IMG/VR virus record: IMGVR_UViG_3300034071_001405
Coordinates: 4,250-68,249 of that record
DNA length: 64,000 bases
Strand: one strand, 5' to 3'
Source of the DNA: a virus
The notes under the pieces are model-generated. The model was not told where the DNA came from. It ran no database searches and saw only the letters and a list, made by a program, of their open reading frames with translations. The number at the start of each line of letters is the position of its first letter. Position 1 is the stretch's first letter. Below, one piece after another: positions 27,501 through 35,859 of this stretch. The position numbers were made by a program, and so were the translations under genes.

Positions 27501-30484
27501 TGCCTAAAGATTCTAAAAACTTAACAGCTTTAGAAAAACAACAAAACTCTTTAGCAAGAATGGAAGAATTACAAGAACGTAATAAATCTATTCTTAATAA
27601 AATGAAAACAGAAGGTGTTGATGAAGCAGGATTACCAGTTCAAGATTATCAAATAAGACAATTTGAAGATATAGTAAAAGCACAAGAAAACGCTAACATA
27701 TTTAAAAAAGCGGATATTGAAAACTTTACTCAAAAACAACTACTTGATAAAAATCATCAAGAAAGATACTTGCAAGAACTTGTAGACTATGCAGGTAAAA
27801 GAGGTGATGTAAATAAAATGAGAGTGCCTACAAGTGAAACTGCTGCTAAAGTTCAAGGGTACAATCCTATTCAAGAATCAACACTAGGCCCTATAACAAA
27901 AAAACAACTTGATGAATCATCTACATTTGAAGAATTTTTTACACTAAAGGACGAAGAAATAAAGAAAGAAATAGGTGATTATGAATTAAACAGTGAAGAA
28001 ATAAATACAATTAAAAAAATATACAATGATTATAAAGCTGGTAAGTTAGGAAAAGTGTATGACCCAGCTCATACTACCATCCTTAAAAAATATGAGGAAC
28101 AACCTAAGACTATAAAAAAACTTTTTGGTAAAGAACCTACAATAGTAACAGATAGTAAAGGCAATACTTGGTATGAGTTTGACATTCCTGAAAAATTTAA
28201 AAAAGGAAAAGGTGAAATTAAAGCATTTAGTATGTTACCTGCGATACCTGCAGCAGGAGCTGTGGCAGGTTCAGTAAATAATGAAAAACGTGATGGAGGT
28301 GAAATTGGATGGTTAGAACAATATCAAGAGGGAGGACCACAAATGTATCCTAGACCAAGTTTAGAATTTCAACAGAAAGTACAAAATTTTATCAAAAATG
28401 AACCAAACAAGTTTTACAGACGTTCTCCTGTACAAGTAAGTCAGAGTGATAATACAAGAACTAATTATGTAAATGAAGCAAAAAAACAAATAGAATCTTA
28501 TTCTGAAGATGAAATCAAATACTTTTTAGATAACAAAATACCAAAAGATAAATGGGGCATAGAAAAAGTTAAATTACAACAACAAAATGAACTGCGTGCT
28601 AGAGAGTCTGCAAAAAAACAATCTATTGAAGATGTAAAAAACAATCCTTTTGCCATTACTAGAGCAACTAATGAAAATCTTAGAAATGAGTTTAGACTAT
28701 TTCCAAATCAAACTGACAGTTTTTTTGATGAGTATCTAAACCCTGCACAGATGATAGGTAATTTGGCAGCTAGCATAGGAGACAACTTTACAGGTGAAGG
28801 ACCAATAGATCCTTGGAAATTAGCTACTGATATTGTAACACCTGCGTTTGTAGGAATGACGGCTGGTATTGGAGCACAAAACACAGGACAATTTGCAAAT
28901 AACTTAATTAACCCTTTAGCAGGAATGAGAAATCCTTTGTCTAGAGTAAGCTCAAAAATTGAACCTATTGATAATGTTTTAGATAAAGGTGTACTAGAAG
29001 AAATTAGATATGCTTTCCATAATAATCAAAGAAGATTGTCAGCTGATGAACGTAAAATTTTATATCAATATGGAACTGGACAACCTTCAGACTATTTTGA
29101 TGAAAATTTACAAAGTTTATCTTCTCAATTTATGCAAGAGCGTGCATCACCAAGGTATAAGCCTCATCTTTTAGCAGATGACTGGCATAAAATGGCAAAT
29201 GGTTTAAGACCTATTAATTACCCTCATTTAACAAGAGAAAGTAATGAGGTTAAACAACATTTGCTAAATAGTAGACGTAACCAATTGCCACCACCACCAT
29301 CAGAAATACAGTTTATGCCTGATGGTACAACACGTGATATATATACTCAACAACCGCAACCTGTAATGCCTACCATGCTTGGAGGTATTGATATAAGAAG
29401 ACCTATTAATGGACATGCTCCAGGTACTGATGAATGGAACAGATTAAATAATCTTCTTCACAGCAGAGCACGTAACAATTATAAACCAAAAAGTGTAAAC
29501 AAGTCTGGGTTAACCAAAGAAGAAACATTGCAGAAAGTTACAGGTAAAGATAAAGATGCCATATCTAAAATGTCAGAAACTGAATTTGAAAATACTGTTC
29601 TTAAACCTGATGGTCAACTTGCAGAATATAGAGCTGATCCATTTGTTGAACAAATGACGTTTGATAGAAGTACAGGAAGGAATGTACTTAAAGACCAAAC
29701 TGTTTTGACAGAACAAGAATATGTTGATGCTTTTAACAGTAATTTAGATTTGCTGAACGATATTATAAAAAGAAGAAATAAATCAGGAGTAGAGTATAGA
29801 GTGAAAGGTTTAAACCCTAATGGCAGCTTAACATTTTATACACCAGAACAAACTATAGCTAACGCAAACAATCCTGTACCAAAACATTATTTAGATGCAC
29901 TTAATAAAATAGATGAACCTGATTTTTTATATAAAAAAACAAGTGATGATAAATTTTATTTTTCTAATATGTCAGGTTCTCCTGGATTTACATCAAAAGA
30001 GGAAGCAAAAAAATGGATTTCTGACTTGATAGATAAAAGAAAAGGAGTAAAAATAAATAGTGGAGAAAGTAATTGGGGTGTAAGACTAAATCCTGGCAAA
30101 TGGAAAGGAAATGTTGAAGACCTTGCTAACACAGAATACTTAAGAAGCATACCTGGTATAGAAATGAGTAATACAACAGCAGGTGTATTTTCAGACCGTG
30201 TGGCAAGAAAAGGAACAGGTGCGTATGAATCAATCAATGAGTATCTTAAAGCTTTAGACTTAGGTAGAGTAAAACCAGGATTTAATTCACAAACAGACTA
30301 TTCAAGAGGAGCTTGGGAAAACTTTATAAAGTCAGGTAGAGGTGTTGGTTTTTATGCTAATCCTAGAACTGTATATGGTTCAATGAAAACTCTAGCTCCT
30401 ATAGGAGTAGGAATAGGTGCAGGTGCTGCATTAAAGACAAAAGAAAAAGGTGGTCAAACTGGATGGTTAGATAAATACAAATAA
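24599..30484 (+). CDS. Modular putative ejected (cargo) polyprotein with internal duplication, 1961 aa
   Basis: Cys-free; modules separated by xxGG motifs; two copies of a ~215-aa unit. Confidence 0.65.
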   Translation: MKTNREILMKFISTEGYKRNSPDKNRPFNVIPSGNITMQDVDFPVKGVDNLGNEMIMMPGEEYTFPGDYVVETPMAQLGGNTFDFVRNQNNQGLFEDYNFNKFRETLPDNLKNTNPSTYNMKGYWEALGKPANFDYSQPTEEDGYYHAFSRNPKTGEILKSPNHPTFKTAIERDIQSGYTPYVSPEGKVFTFGKEDKVPEGYRKYQAGGTRRPIFTSNPNDPRIQNYGDSLNLYNYSKNLSRSFPNLPEVTEQQYKQLQEKDNNLLNYEFDQVAYKKDKNEGKVKNFDDYIYSGKKSEIHNTPQYLKNNQIELDKYSSDETGKYNIELPDGTIKSPGYLYNGKPQWDDYSIWNPNTKTSSHYTKNFSTGKYELSHVLSDNIKPIKTKYFGEDKTFKGDVISTSSKSTGWYKKGEKPVFKTDSKKEYVDTHIPLETLDVYKKPVQPVIYKKQKLANNATPTETLVVTKAELTPTPKVERKVVSVAPEEVKAGTKTTSGKQIGSGTAGGRIYRVKYDNGETEILNEFEYRSRGLKMQEGGQTGWLDNYQDGGPQMYPGPSLQFQQQVQNFVNKTPNTFVRREPITVSQSDNTRTNAVENAKRDLESYTPQERAYFAQNNIPRDQWFSAKTKMQNDAVLKRREEVRKQAQVDVENNFFKSTKATNEQLRNEFRLFPNDPNSFFDEYLNVPNHIGNFAASLGENFTGEQPFDPWKLATDIVTPAFVGMTAGIGAQNTGQFVNNLINPLAGIGNPLKRSVNITSSVDNVIQPATPKPWQMQELPGLHLKSTMEGEAISKIIEPKTGLINTEQALAIIGKESGGADKVALIRQGLGDNIPQKMDYNDFRKTVQDQLIPLEKQFSTRKSDYGIDRLGYNYGTVEENIGGTFNVYGNPTKFKTRKEAEEFLKLNSPIENQTLILGNKNKFGRGSDAHGNPEETLGHAHFLRDAETPDVLTVTQIQSDAFQGTHRIMPKDSKNLTALEKQQNSLARMEELQERNKSILNKMKTEGVDEAGLPVQDYQIRQFEDIVKAQENANIFKKADIENFTQKQLLDKNHQERYLQELVDYAGKRGDVNKMRVPTSETAAKVQGYNPIQESTLGPITKKQLDESSTFEEFFTLKDEEIKKEIGDYELNSEEINTIKKIYNDYKAGKLGKVYDPAHTTILKKYEEQPKTIKKLFGKEPTIVTDSKGNTWYEFDIPEKFKKGKGEIKAFSMLPAIPAAGAVAGSVNNEKRDGGEIGWLEQYQEGGPQMYPRPSLEFQQKVQNFIKNEPNKFYRRSPVQVSQSDNTRTNYVNEAKKQIESYSEDEIKYFLDNKIPKDKWGIEKVKLQQQNELRARESAKKQSIEDVKNNPFAITRATNENLRNEFRLFPNQTDSFFDEYLNPAQMIGNLAASIGDNFTGEGPIDPWKLATDIVTPAFVGMTAGIGAQNTGQFANNLINPLAGMRNPLSRVSSKIEPIDNVLDKGVLEEIRYAFHNNQRRLSADERKILYQYGTGQPSDYFDENLQSLSSQFMQERASPRYKPHLLADDWHKMANGLRPINYPHLTRESNEVKQHLLNSRRNQLPPPPSEIQFMPDGTTRDIYTQQPQPVMPTMLGGIDIRRPINGHAPGTDEWNRLNNLLHSRARNNYKPKSVNKSGLTKEETLQKVTGKDKDAISKMSETEFENTVLKPDGQLAEYRADPFVEQMTFDRSTGRNVLKDQTVLTEQEYVDAFNSNLDLLNDIIKRRNKSGVEYRVKGLNPNGSLTFYTPEQTIANANNPVPKHYLDALNKIDEPDFLYKKTSDDKFYFSNMSGSPGFTSKEEAKKWISDLIDKRKGVKINSGESNWGVRLNPGKWKGNVEDLANTEYLRSIPGIEMSNTTAGVFSDRVARKGTGAYESINEYLKALDLGRVKPGFNSQTDYSRGAWENFIKSGRGVGFYANPRTVYGSMKTLAPIGVGIGAGAALKTKEKGGQTGWLDKYK
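26198..28939 (+). repeat. Diverged intragenic duplication (copies ~26198-26851 and ~28286-28939; partial third at 30440-30484)
   Basis: Shared GGxxGWLxxYQxGGPQMYP, VSQSDNTRTN, LRNEFRLFPN, DPWKLATDIVTPAFVGMTAGIGAQNTGQF, NNLINPLAG. Confidence 0.92.
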
Positions 30485-30495
30485 CAATAAAGAAA

Positions 30496-32736
30496 ATGAA
30501 AAGTCAATTTTTAAAAATAGCTGGTGTGAATTCTGAGAAAGAGTTTTACCAAAAATATCCTTCAGAAGATGTATTTTTTGCAGAACATCCTGAAGCAATG
30601 AACTTCATGCGCAAAGGTGGAGAAATGATAAAACGTGCTGATGGTTCTTACTCTAAGCGTGGCTTATGGGACAACATTAGAGCAAACGCTGGTTCAGGTA
30701 AAAAACCAACAAAGGAAATGCTTGAGCAAGAAAGAAAGATTAGAAAGCAAGAAGGTGGTGAAAGTTTCGAAATGATGCAACAACCTCAAACACAACAAGC
30801 TCAACCGGACATAAGTGCAGCAATTGCAGAAATAAGCAAACTTATAATGCAAGGTGAAGACCCTGCTTCAATCTATGGTGTGATGTTAGAAAGTGGCATA
30901 CCTGAAGATTATGCAAAAGACATTTTAGATGAAGCAATGAGCATGTTGCAAGAGTCTGATATAGAAGAAGAAGATGTTCCATTTGACAATGATGAAATGT
31001 CTGAGTATGAAGAAGAGGATAATTATGAAGAAGAGGAAGAAGAATTTGATTTTGCTGAACCTGATGAAATGAAAAGAGGTGGTTCTATTAAAATAAACCC
31101 AGCCAAAAAAGGAACATTCAAAGCACAAGCTACTAAAATGGGAATGAGTGTAAGAGAGGCTGCTGATTACATATTACGTCATAAAGATGAATACTCACCT
31201 GTAATGGTTAAGAAAGCAAATTTTGCAAACAACTTTGCTAAAGAACTTGGTGGAGAAATATATGACCTTGAGCAATACAAAGATGGTGGAGGAATTCCTG
31301 ATCGCTACCGCAACATGGGTTTCTCAAAAGTAGGAGCAAAAAAGCAATCTACACGCGAAGGTAAGAAATGGATGGTACTTGCTAAAAAAGGTGACCAGTA
31401 CAAAGTTGTCCATGGTGGATGGGAAGGCATGAAAGATTTTAAACAACATGGTTCTGAGAAAAGACGTGAGAGATTTTGGGATAGAATGGGTGGTAAAGAC
31501 TCAGCTAAAGCTAAAGATCCATTCTCACCATTGTATTGGCATAAAAGATTTGGCACATGGCAACAAGGTGGAGAAACACCAGACATGTTTGATTATGAAA
31601 ACTTCAAAGAAGGAGATTTTAGAACTGACATAACTACATCAAACACTCTTGCTAATCTTAAAAATACAAACTTAAATAAAGGCCTTATTGCAGCTAACAC
31701 TTTAGGTGACCCACGTAACATGATGTGGGCACTTCCTGATAGAGGATTTTTAGGAGCATTGAAAGGAGTAGCTGGTGCAGCTGCAGGTCTTTCAGGAACA
31801 GCTTTAGGATATCAAAAGATGTTTTCTGGTAAAAATGAAAATACAGATTCTTATATATCAAACTATGATACAAATGAGTATGGTACTATGGAAGATGTGT
31901 TAAAGAAAAGACAACCTCAAACACCAATGCCTAAACCTACACCAGTTGCTTCTGGACCTTTGACAGGTGGTTCTGGTATGGGTAGTTTATATCTTAATCA
32001 GCAAAAAGAAGATGCTATGCTTGAAGAACTTGGCTTAGATACTTATGAGTGGGCAGGTGTTGTCTTACCGTACATGGTAGCAGGTGGTGTACCAAGAGTT
32101 AATAGTCAACCTGAGTATCCTACTTTTGAAGAATGGCTTGCTCAAAACGCAACACGTTTTGATGTTATGCAAAACTCAGCTAACCAGCAAATGTTGATGG
32201 ACATATGGAAGCGTGAAACAGGACAGAACTTGTTTCCTGCAGCATTTACACCTCAAGCAAATCAGACAGCTACAGTCCCGGCATCAACAGCATCAACAAC
32301 TGGTACTAATGCAGGTACAACTACAACAGAACCTCAAAGAGAATTCAAATCATGGACAAGCACAACTCGTGGTGATGCTGCAGGTCAAATAGCAGCAAAC
32401 AATGCTCTTGCAGGTTTTGGTATGCTCAACACTGTTCGTTCAACTATGAACAATGAAAGAGAATATGAAGACATGTTACGTAGAGTTGGCAACACTGACG
32501 AAAGATACAATGCTTACAATCCTGCAAATCCATTTGGAAATTACACTCCTAATGCTGGACCAGCTTCTAACTTTGCTTTAGTAACAAACACACCTATACA
32601 AGATTTTGGTACTAGAATGGCTGGAGCAAAATATGGTGGAACAGCACAATACACAGAAGGAGGAGAATACTACGTTTCAGATGAAGAAGTGAAAATGATT
32701 CTGGCAATGGGAGGTCAGATAGAATACCTAGACTAA
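30496..32736 (+). CDS. Modular putative cargo protein, 746 aa
   Basis: Ten xxGG motifs separating short basic or acidic modules; Cys-free. Confidence 0.6.
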   Translation: MKSQFLKIAGVNSEKEFYQKYPSEDVFFAEHPEAMNFMRKGGEMIKRADGSYSKRGLWDNIRANAGSGKKPTKEMLEQERKIRKQEGGESFEMMQQPQTQQAQPDISAAIAEISKLIMQGEDPASIYGVMLESGIPEDYAKDILDEAMSMLQESDIEEEDVPFDNDEMSEYEEEDNYEEEEEEFDFAEPDEMKRGGSIKINPAKKGTFKAQATKMGMSVREAADYILRHKDEYSPVMVKKANFANNFAKELGGEIYDLEQYKDGGGIPDRYRNMGFSKVGAKKQSTREGKKWMVLAKKGDQYKVVHGGWEGMKDFKQHGSEKRRERFWDRMGGKDSAKAKDPFSPLYWHKRFGTWQQGGETPDMFDYENFKEGDFRTDITTSNTLANLKNTNLNKGLIAANTLGDPRNMMWALPDRGFLGALKGVAGAAAGLSGTALGYQKMFSGKNENTDSYISNYDTNEYGTMEDVLKKRQPQTPMPKPTPVASGPLTGGSGMGSLYLNQQKEDAMLEELGLDTYEWAGVVLPYMVAGGVPRVNSQPEYPTFEEWLAQNATRFDVMQNSANQQMLMDIWKRETGQNLFPAAFTPQANQTATVPASTASTTGTNAGTTTTEPQREFKSWTSTTRGDAAGQIAANNALAGFGMLNTVRSTMNNEREYEDMLRRVGNTDERYNAYNPANPFGNYTPNAGPASNFALVTNTPIQDFGTRMAGAKYGGTAQYTEGGEYYVSDEEVKMILAMGGQIEYLD

Positions 32737-32843
32737 AAGTTCTACAATTTACTTCTACAAAAATAGGAAAAATCAAATTAAATTTGTAACTTCTAAATGT
32801 AGGAGATTTAACATTTTAAAAGTTTAAACTCTATAAGTTTATC

Positions 32844-35837
32844 ATGCAAAAAATACGCATAACCAAAACACCAAAAACAGGAGACCAACGTGATTTTTCA
32901 CTGGTTCACAAACAAGCACATTATATCAATGATGGCGAAACAGTAAATCCTGTAAAAAACACCATGGGTGCAGTTCCCATAGAACAAGCTAACATAGAAG
33001 TAGAAGGAGGAGAAACAGTTGTAGGTGATGTTAACCGCGATGGTTTCTTAGAACACATGACTTTTGTTGGCAAGCGTCACTCACAAGGTGGAATGCCTGT
33101 AAACATACCTGAAGGTTCTTTTATCTTCTCAGATACTAAAAAGCTTAAAATCAAGGATAAAGAAATACTTGGTAAAGTGTTTGGCTTGTCTGCAAAAAAA
33201 GGAGGTTATACACCTGCTGAAATTGCAAAGAAGTATCAAATAAACAACTACATTCATGATTTGAAAAGTGAAAGCACTGACCCTATTACTAAACGTTCTG
33301 CAACACAGATGTTAGCGAACAACATGGAAAAGTTAGGAATGCTTGCTTTAGTACAAGAATCAATGAAAGGATTTCCTGATGGCATACCTGCTATTGCTGA
33401 ATCTGTCATGGCCGGTTTACAAGGAGGTGGTGCTGAAGAAATGCCACAAGGTAAATTTGGTGGACTTATGAAGGCTCAAGCTGGTGGGACTTTACTTCCA
33501 GGTACATCTTTAAATATTAACGGTAAGACCGTTAAAGTCAAATCTGTTTACAGTGGTATAACAGGTAAAGACTGGGTTAAATTTGAAAAACCAATAATTT
33601 TAAAAAACTCAAGAGGAGAAAATGTTAAAATTGAAGAGTTAACTTTAGAAGACATTCAAAAAGCGCAATCACAAGATGTTCAACTTGGGGCTGACAAAGG
33701 TTGGTTTAACAGCGGTTACAGAAACATTCAATCATTGAGTGGAAGTGACGTAAGTGCTGCTCCTTTATCAGGCATAGAAAAACTTGGTGATAAAATTTTT
33801 AATTATGGATATCCAACTGTAGCTTTAAGAATTGGAACATTGCCAAAGCAATCAACATATAAAGTAGGAGACATTCTTTATAAAAATAACGTAAAGTACA
33901 AAGTTGTAGATCCTGCTGTACATAATTATTCAGGAAAACCATTGTTAGAATTGGAAGAATTGGATGATCCAAATACATTTATTCAAAGTTGGGGAAATGC
34001 TACAGGAAAAAGAAAAACAGTTTCTTATGATCAGATTGGAACTTTCACGTCATTAACCAAATCAGGTGTATCAAATACAAGTCAAAAAGAAGAGAAAGTT
34101 CCCAATGATTTAAATCAACAGTCAATATACACAAATAAACAAAAGGCACAAACAAGAGATGGTGAACCATTAACTGTTGGACAATATAAAGATAACAAAT
34201 GGTACAACGTGTACACAGGTCTACCTGTTGACTGGAAGCCACAAGGTTTTGAAACTGATACAAATAAAGCTAAACCTGCTGTAAAACAAACAGCTACAAA
34301 ACCTGCAACTCCAAAACCAGCAGTAAAACCTAAAACGTATTCTGAGGTTTTATCTTTATTTGCAATGGGTGGTCAATTACCAGAATATCAACAAGGTGCA
34401 GAAGCTAAAACTACCCAGCCTGAAACAGAAACTCTTGCTGGCACATACACACTACCAGATGGTAAAGTAGCTTATGTTTATTACACAGCAACAGAAAAGA
34501 TTGTAAAAGATGTAAACGGTAACGTTCAAGATCGTGCACCAAGAACTGATAAAGCAGCATATGCTCCACACAAAGGTGATGTAAACCCTTCAACAAATCC
34601 TATCACTGGTCAAAAAGAAACAGGATGGAACAAGTCTAAATATACTGCTGACCAAATAGATGCACTTGCTAGAGAAAGAGGATATACTGGTCCTAAAAAT
34701 AACAAAGCTCTTCAACAATGGATTTTGTCCAAACCAGAATTTTCAAAAGTTGTAGAGGAATTGCATGCCAAATACAAAATTCCAGCAGCAGGTATAAAAG
34801 ATGATGGTTTCTGGGGTGTTAGATGGGATGATATTTTAGAAAAGATTCCTTCAGTACCTAGCACAACTACAACACCTGCACCTGTGACGGGAGCTCAACA
34901 ACCTGTAACTCCTAAAGAAGATTTTGTAGTTCCTGAACCTGCAATGCCACAAGCTCCTAAAACTGGGCCATGGTGGTTACAAGACATTACCAACTTTGTG
35001 GGAACTCTGACAGATGATATAAATCGTTATGAGCCAACACAAGGAAGAGTAGCATTACAAACTCCAGGTTATGTAACTCTTGACCCTACCAGACGTTTAG
35101 CTGCAAATCAAGAGCAGTTTGCTAGAATGCAACAAATGACAGAAAATACTGTTGACGGTAATGTTGGATTAGCATCAATGACTGGTACACAAGGACAATC
35201 ATTTGCAAATGCTGCCAATGTTCTTGGAGATGTTGAAAATGCAAATGTTGGAATTGTTAACCAAGCATACAATACAAATGCACAGATAATGAATCAAGAA
35301 GCTGCTGCAAATGAAGTAGGTAGACAAAAATATGTTGAGGACATGGCTACATTAAATCAACAGTTGGACAACTCTGAACAGCAAAATAAATGGCGTCAAA
35401 TTGCTGCTTTCAACAATGGTACTACAAACTGGTTTAGAAAAAAACAAATGGAACAAATATTGTTTCCAGATGTGTATGTTGACCCAATCTTAGGAGATGT
35501 ATCTATTGACCCTAGTGGAAGAAGTTTATTTGGACCTGACACATATTCACCAAGTTATATGGATAACAGAGGTGGTAATAACATGATGTCAGGTAATGCA
35601 GGAATTGAAGAATGGAATGCAATAGTTCAAGAAGCAACACCTATAATGGGGCCAGAAGAAGCTAAAAAATATGCTACAATGTATATGGGTAATCAAATGA
35701 GAGCACAAAATAGAGCAGTTACAGGCTTGACTCCACGTCAACAATATAATCAAATGGCAATTCAAGGATTAACATTACCTTTGCCTCCTAGAGAATTTGG
35801 TGGTGTGGTATATTTTCCTTGGTCAGATATAGAATAA
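32844..35837 (+). CDS. Putative cargo protein (cargo protein 1-like), 997 aa
   Basis: N-terminal ANIEVEGGETV...GKRHSQGG...FIFSD block; Gln/Asn-rich helical C-terminus; possible peptidoglycan-binding-like LQQW...DGFWG. Confidence 0.6.
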   Translation: MQKIRITKTPKTGDQRDFSLVHKQAHYINDGETVNPVKNTMGAVPIEQANIEVEGGETVVGDVNRDGFLEHMTFVGKRHSQGGMPVNIPEGSFIFSDTKKLKIKDKEILGKVFGLSAKKGGYTPAEIAKKYQINNYIHDLKSESTDPITKRSATQMLANNMEKLGMLALVQESMKGFPDGIPAIAESVMAGLQGGGAEEMPQGKFGGLMKAQAGGTLLPGTSLNINGKTVKVKSVYSGITGKDWVKFEKPIILKNSRGENVKIEELTLEDIQKAQSQDVQLGADKGWFNSGYRNIQSLSGSDVSAAPLSGIEKLGDKIFNYGYPTVALRIGTLPKQSTYKVGDILYKNNVKYKVVDPAVHNYSGKPLLELEELDDPNTFIQSWGNATGKRKTVSYDQIGTFTSLTKSGVSNTSQKEEKVPNDLNQQSIYTNKQKAQTRDGEPLTVGQYKDNKWYNVYTGLPVDWKPQGFETDTNKAKPAVKQTATKPATPKPAVKPKTYSEVLSLFAMGGQLPEYQQGAEAKTTQPETETLAGTYTLPDGKVAYVYYTATEKIVKDVNGNVQDRAPRTDKAAYAPHKGDVNPSTNPITGQKETGWNKSKYTADQIDALARERGYTGPKNNKALQQWILSKPEFSKVVEELHAKYKIPAAGIKDDGFWGVRWDDILEKIPSVPSTTTTPAPVTGAQQPVTPKEDFVVPEPAMPQAPKTGPWWLQDITNFVGTLTDDINRYEPTQGRVALQTPGYVTLDPTRRLAANQEQFARMQQMTENTVDGNVGLASMTGTQGQSFANAANVLGDVENANVGIVNQAYNTNAQIMNQEAAANEVGRQKYVEDMATLNQQLDNSEQQNKWRQIAAFNNGTTNWFRKKQMEQILFPDVYVDPILGDVSIDPSGRSLFGPDTYSPSYMDNRGGNNMMSGNAGIEEWNAIVQEATPIMGPEEAKKYATMYMGNQMRAQNRAVTGLTPRQQYNQMAIQGLTLPLPPREFGGVVYFPWSDIE

Positions 35838-35859
35838 TAAAATAAAGTAAGAAACTTAC

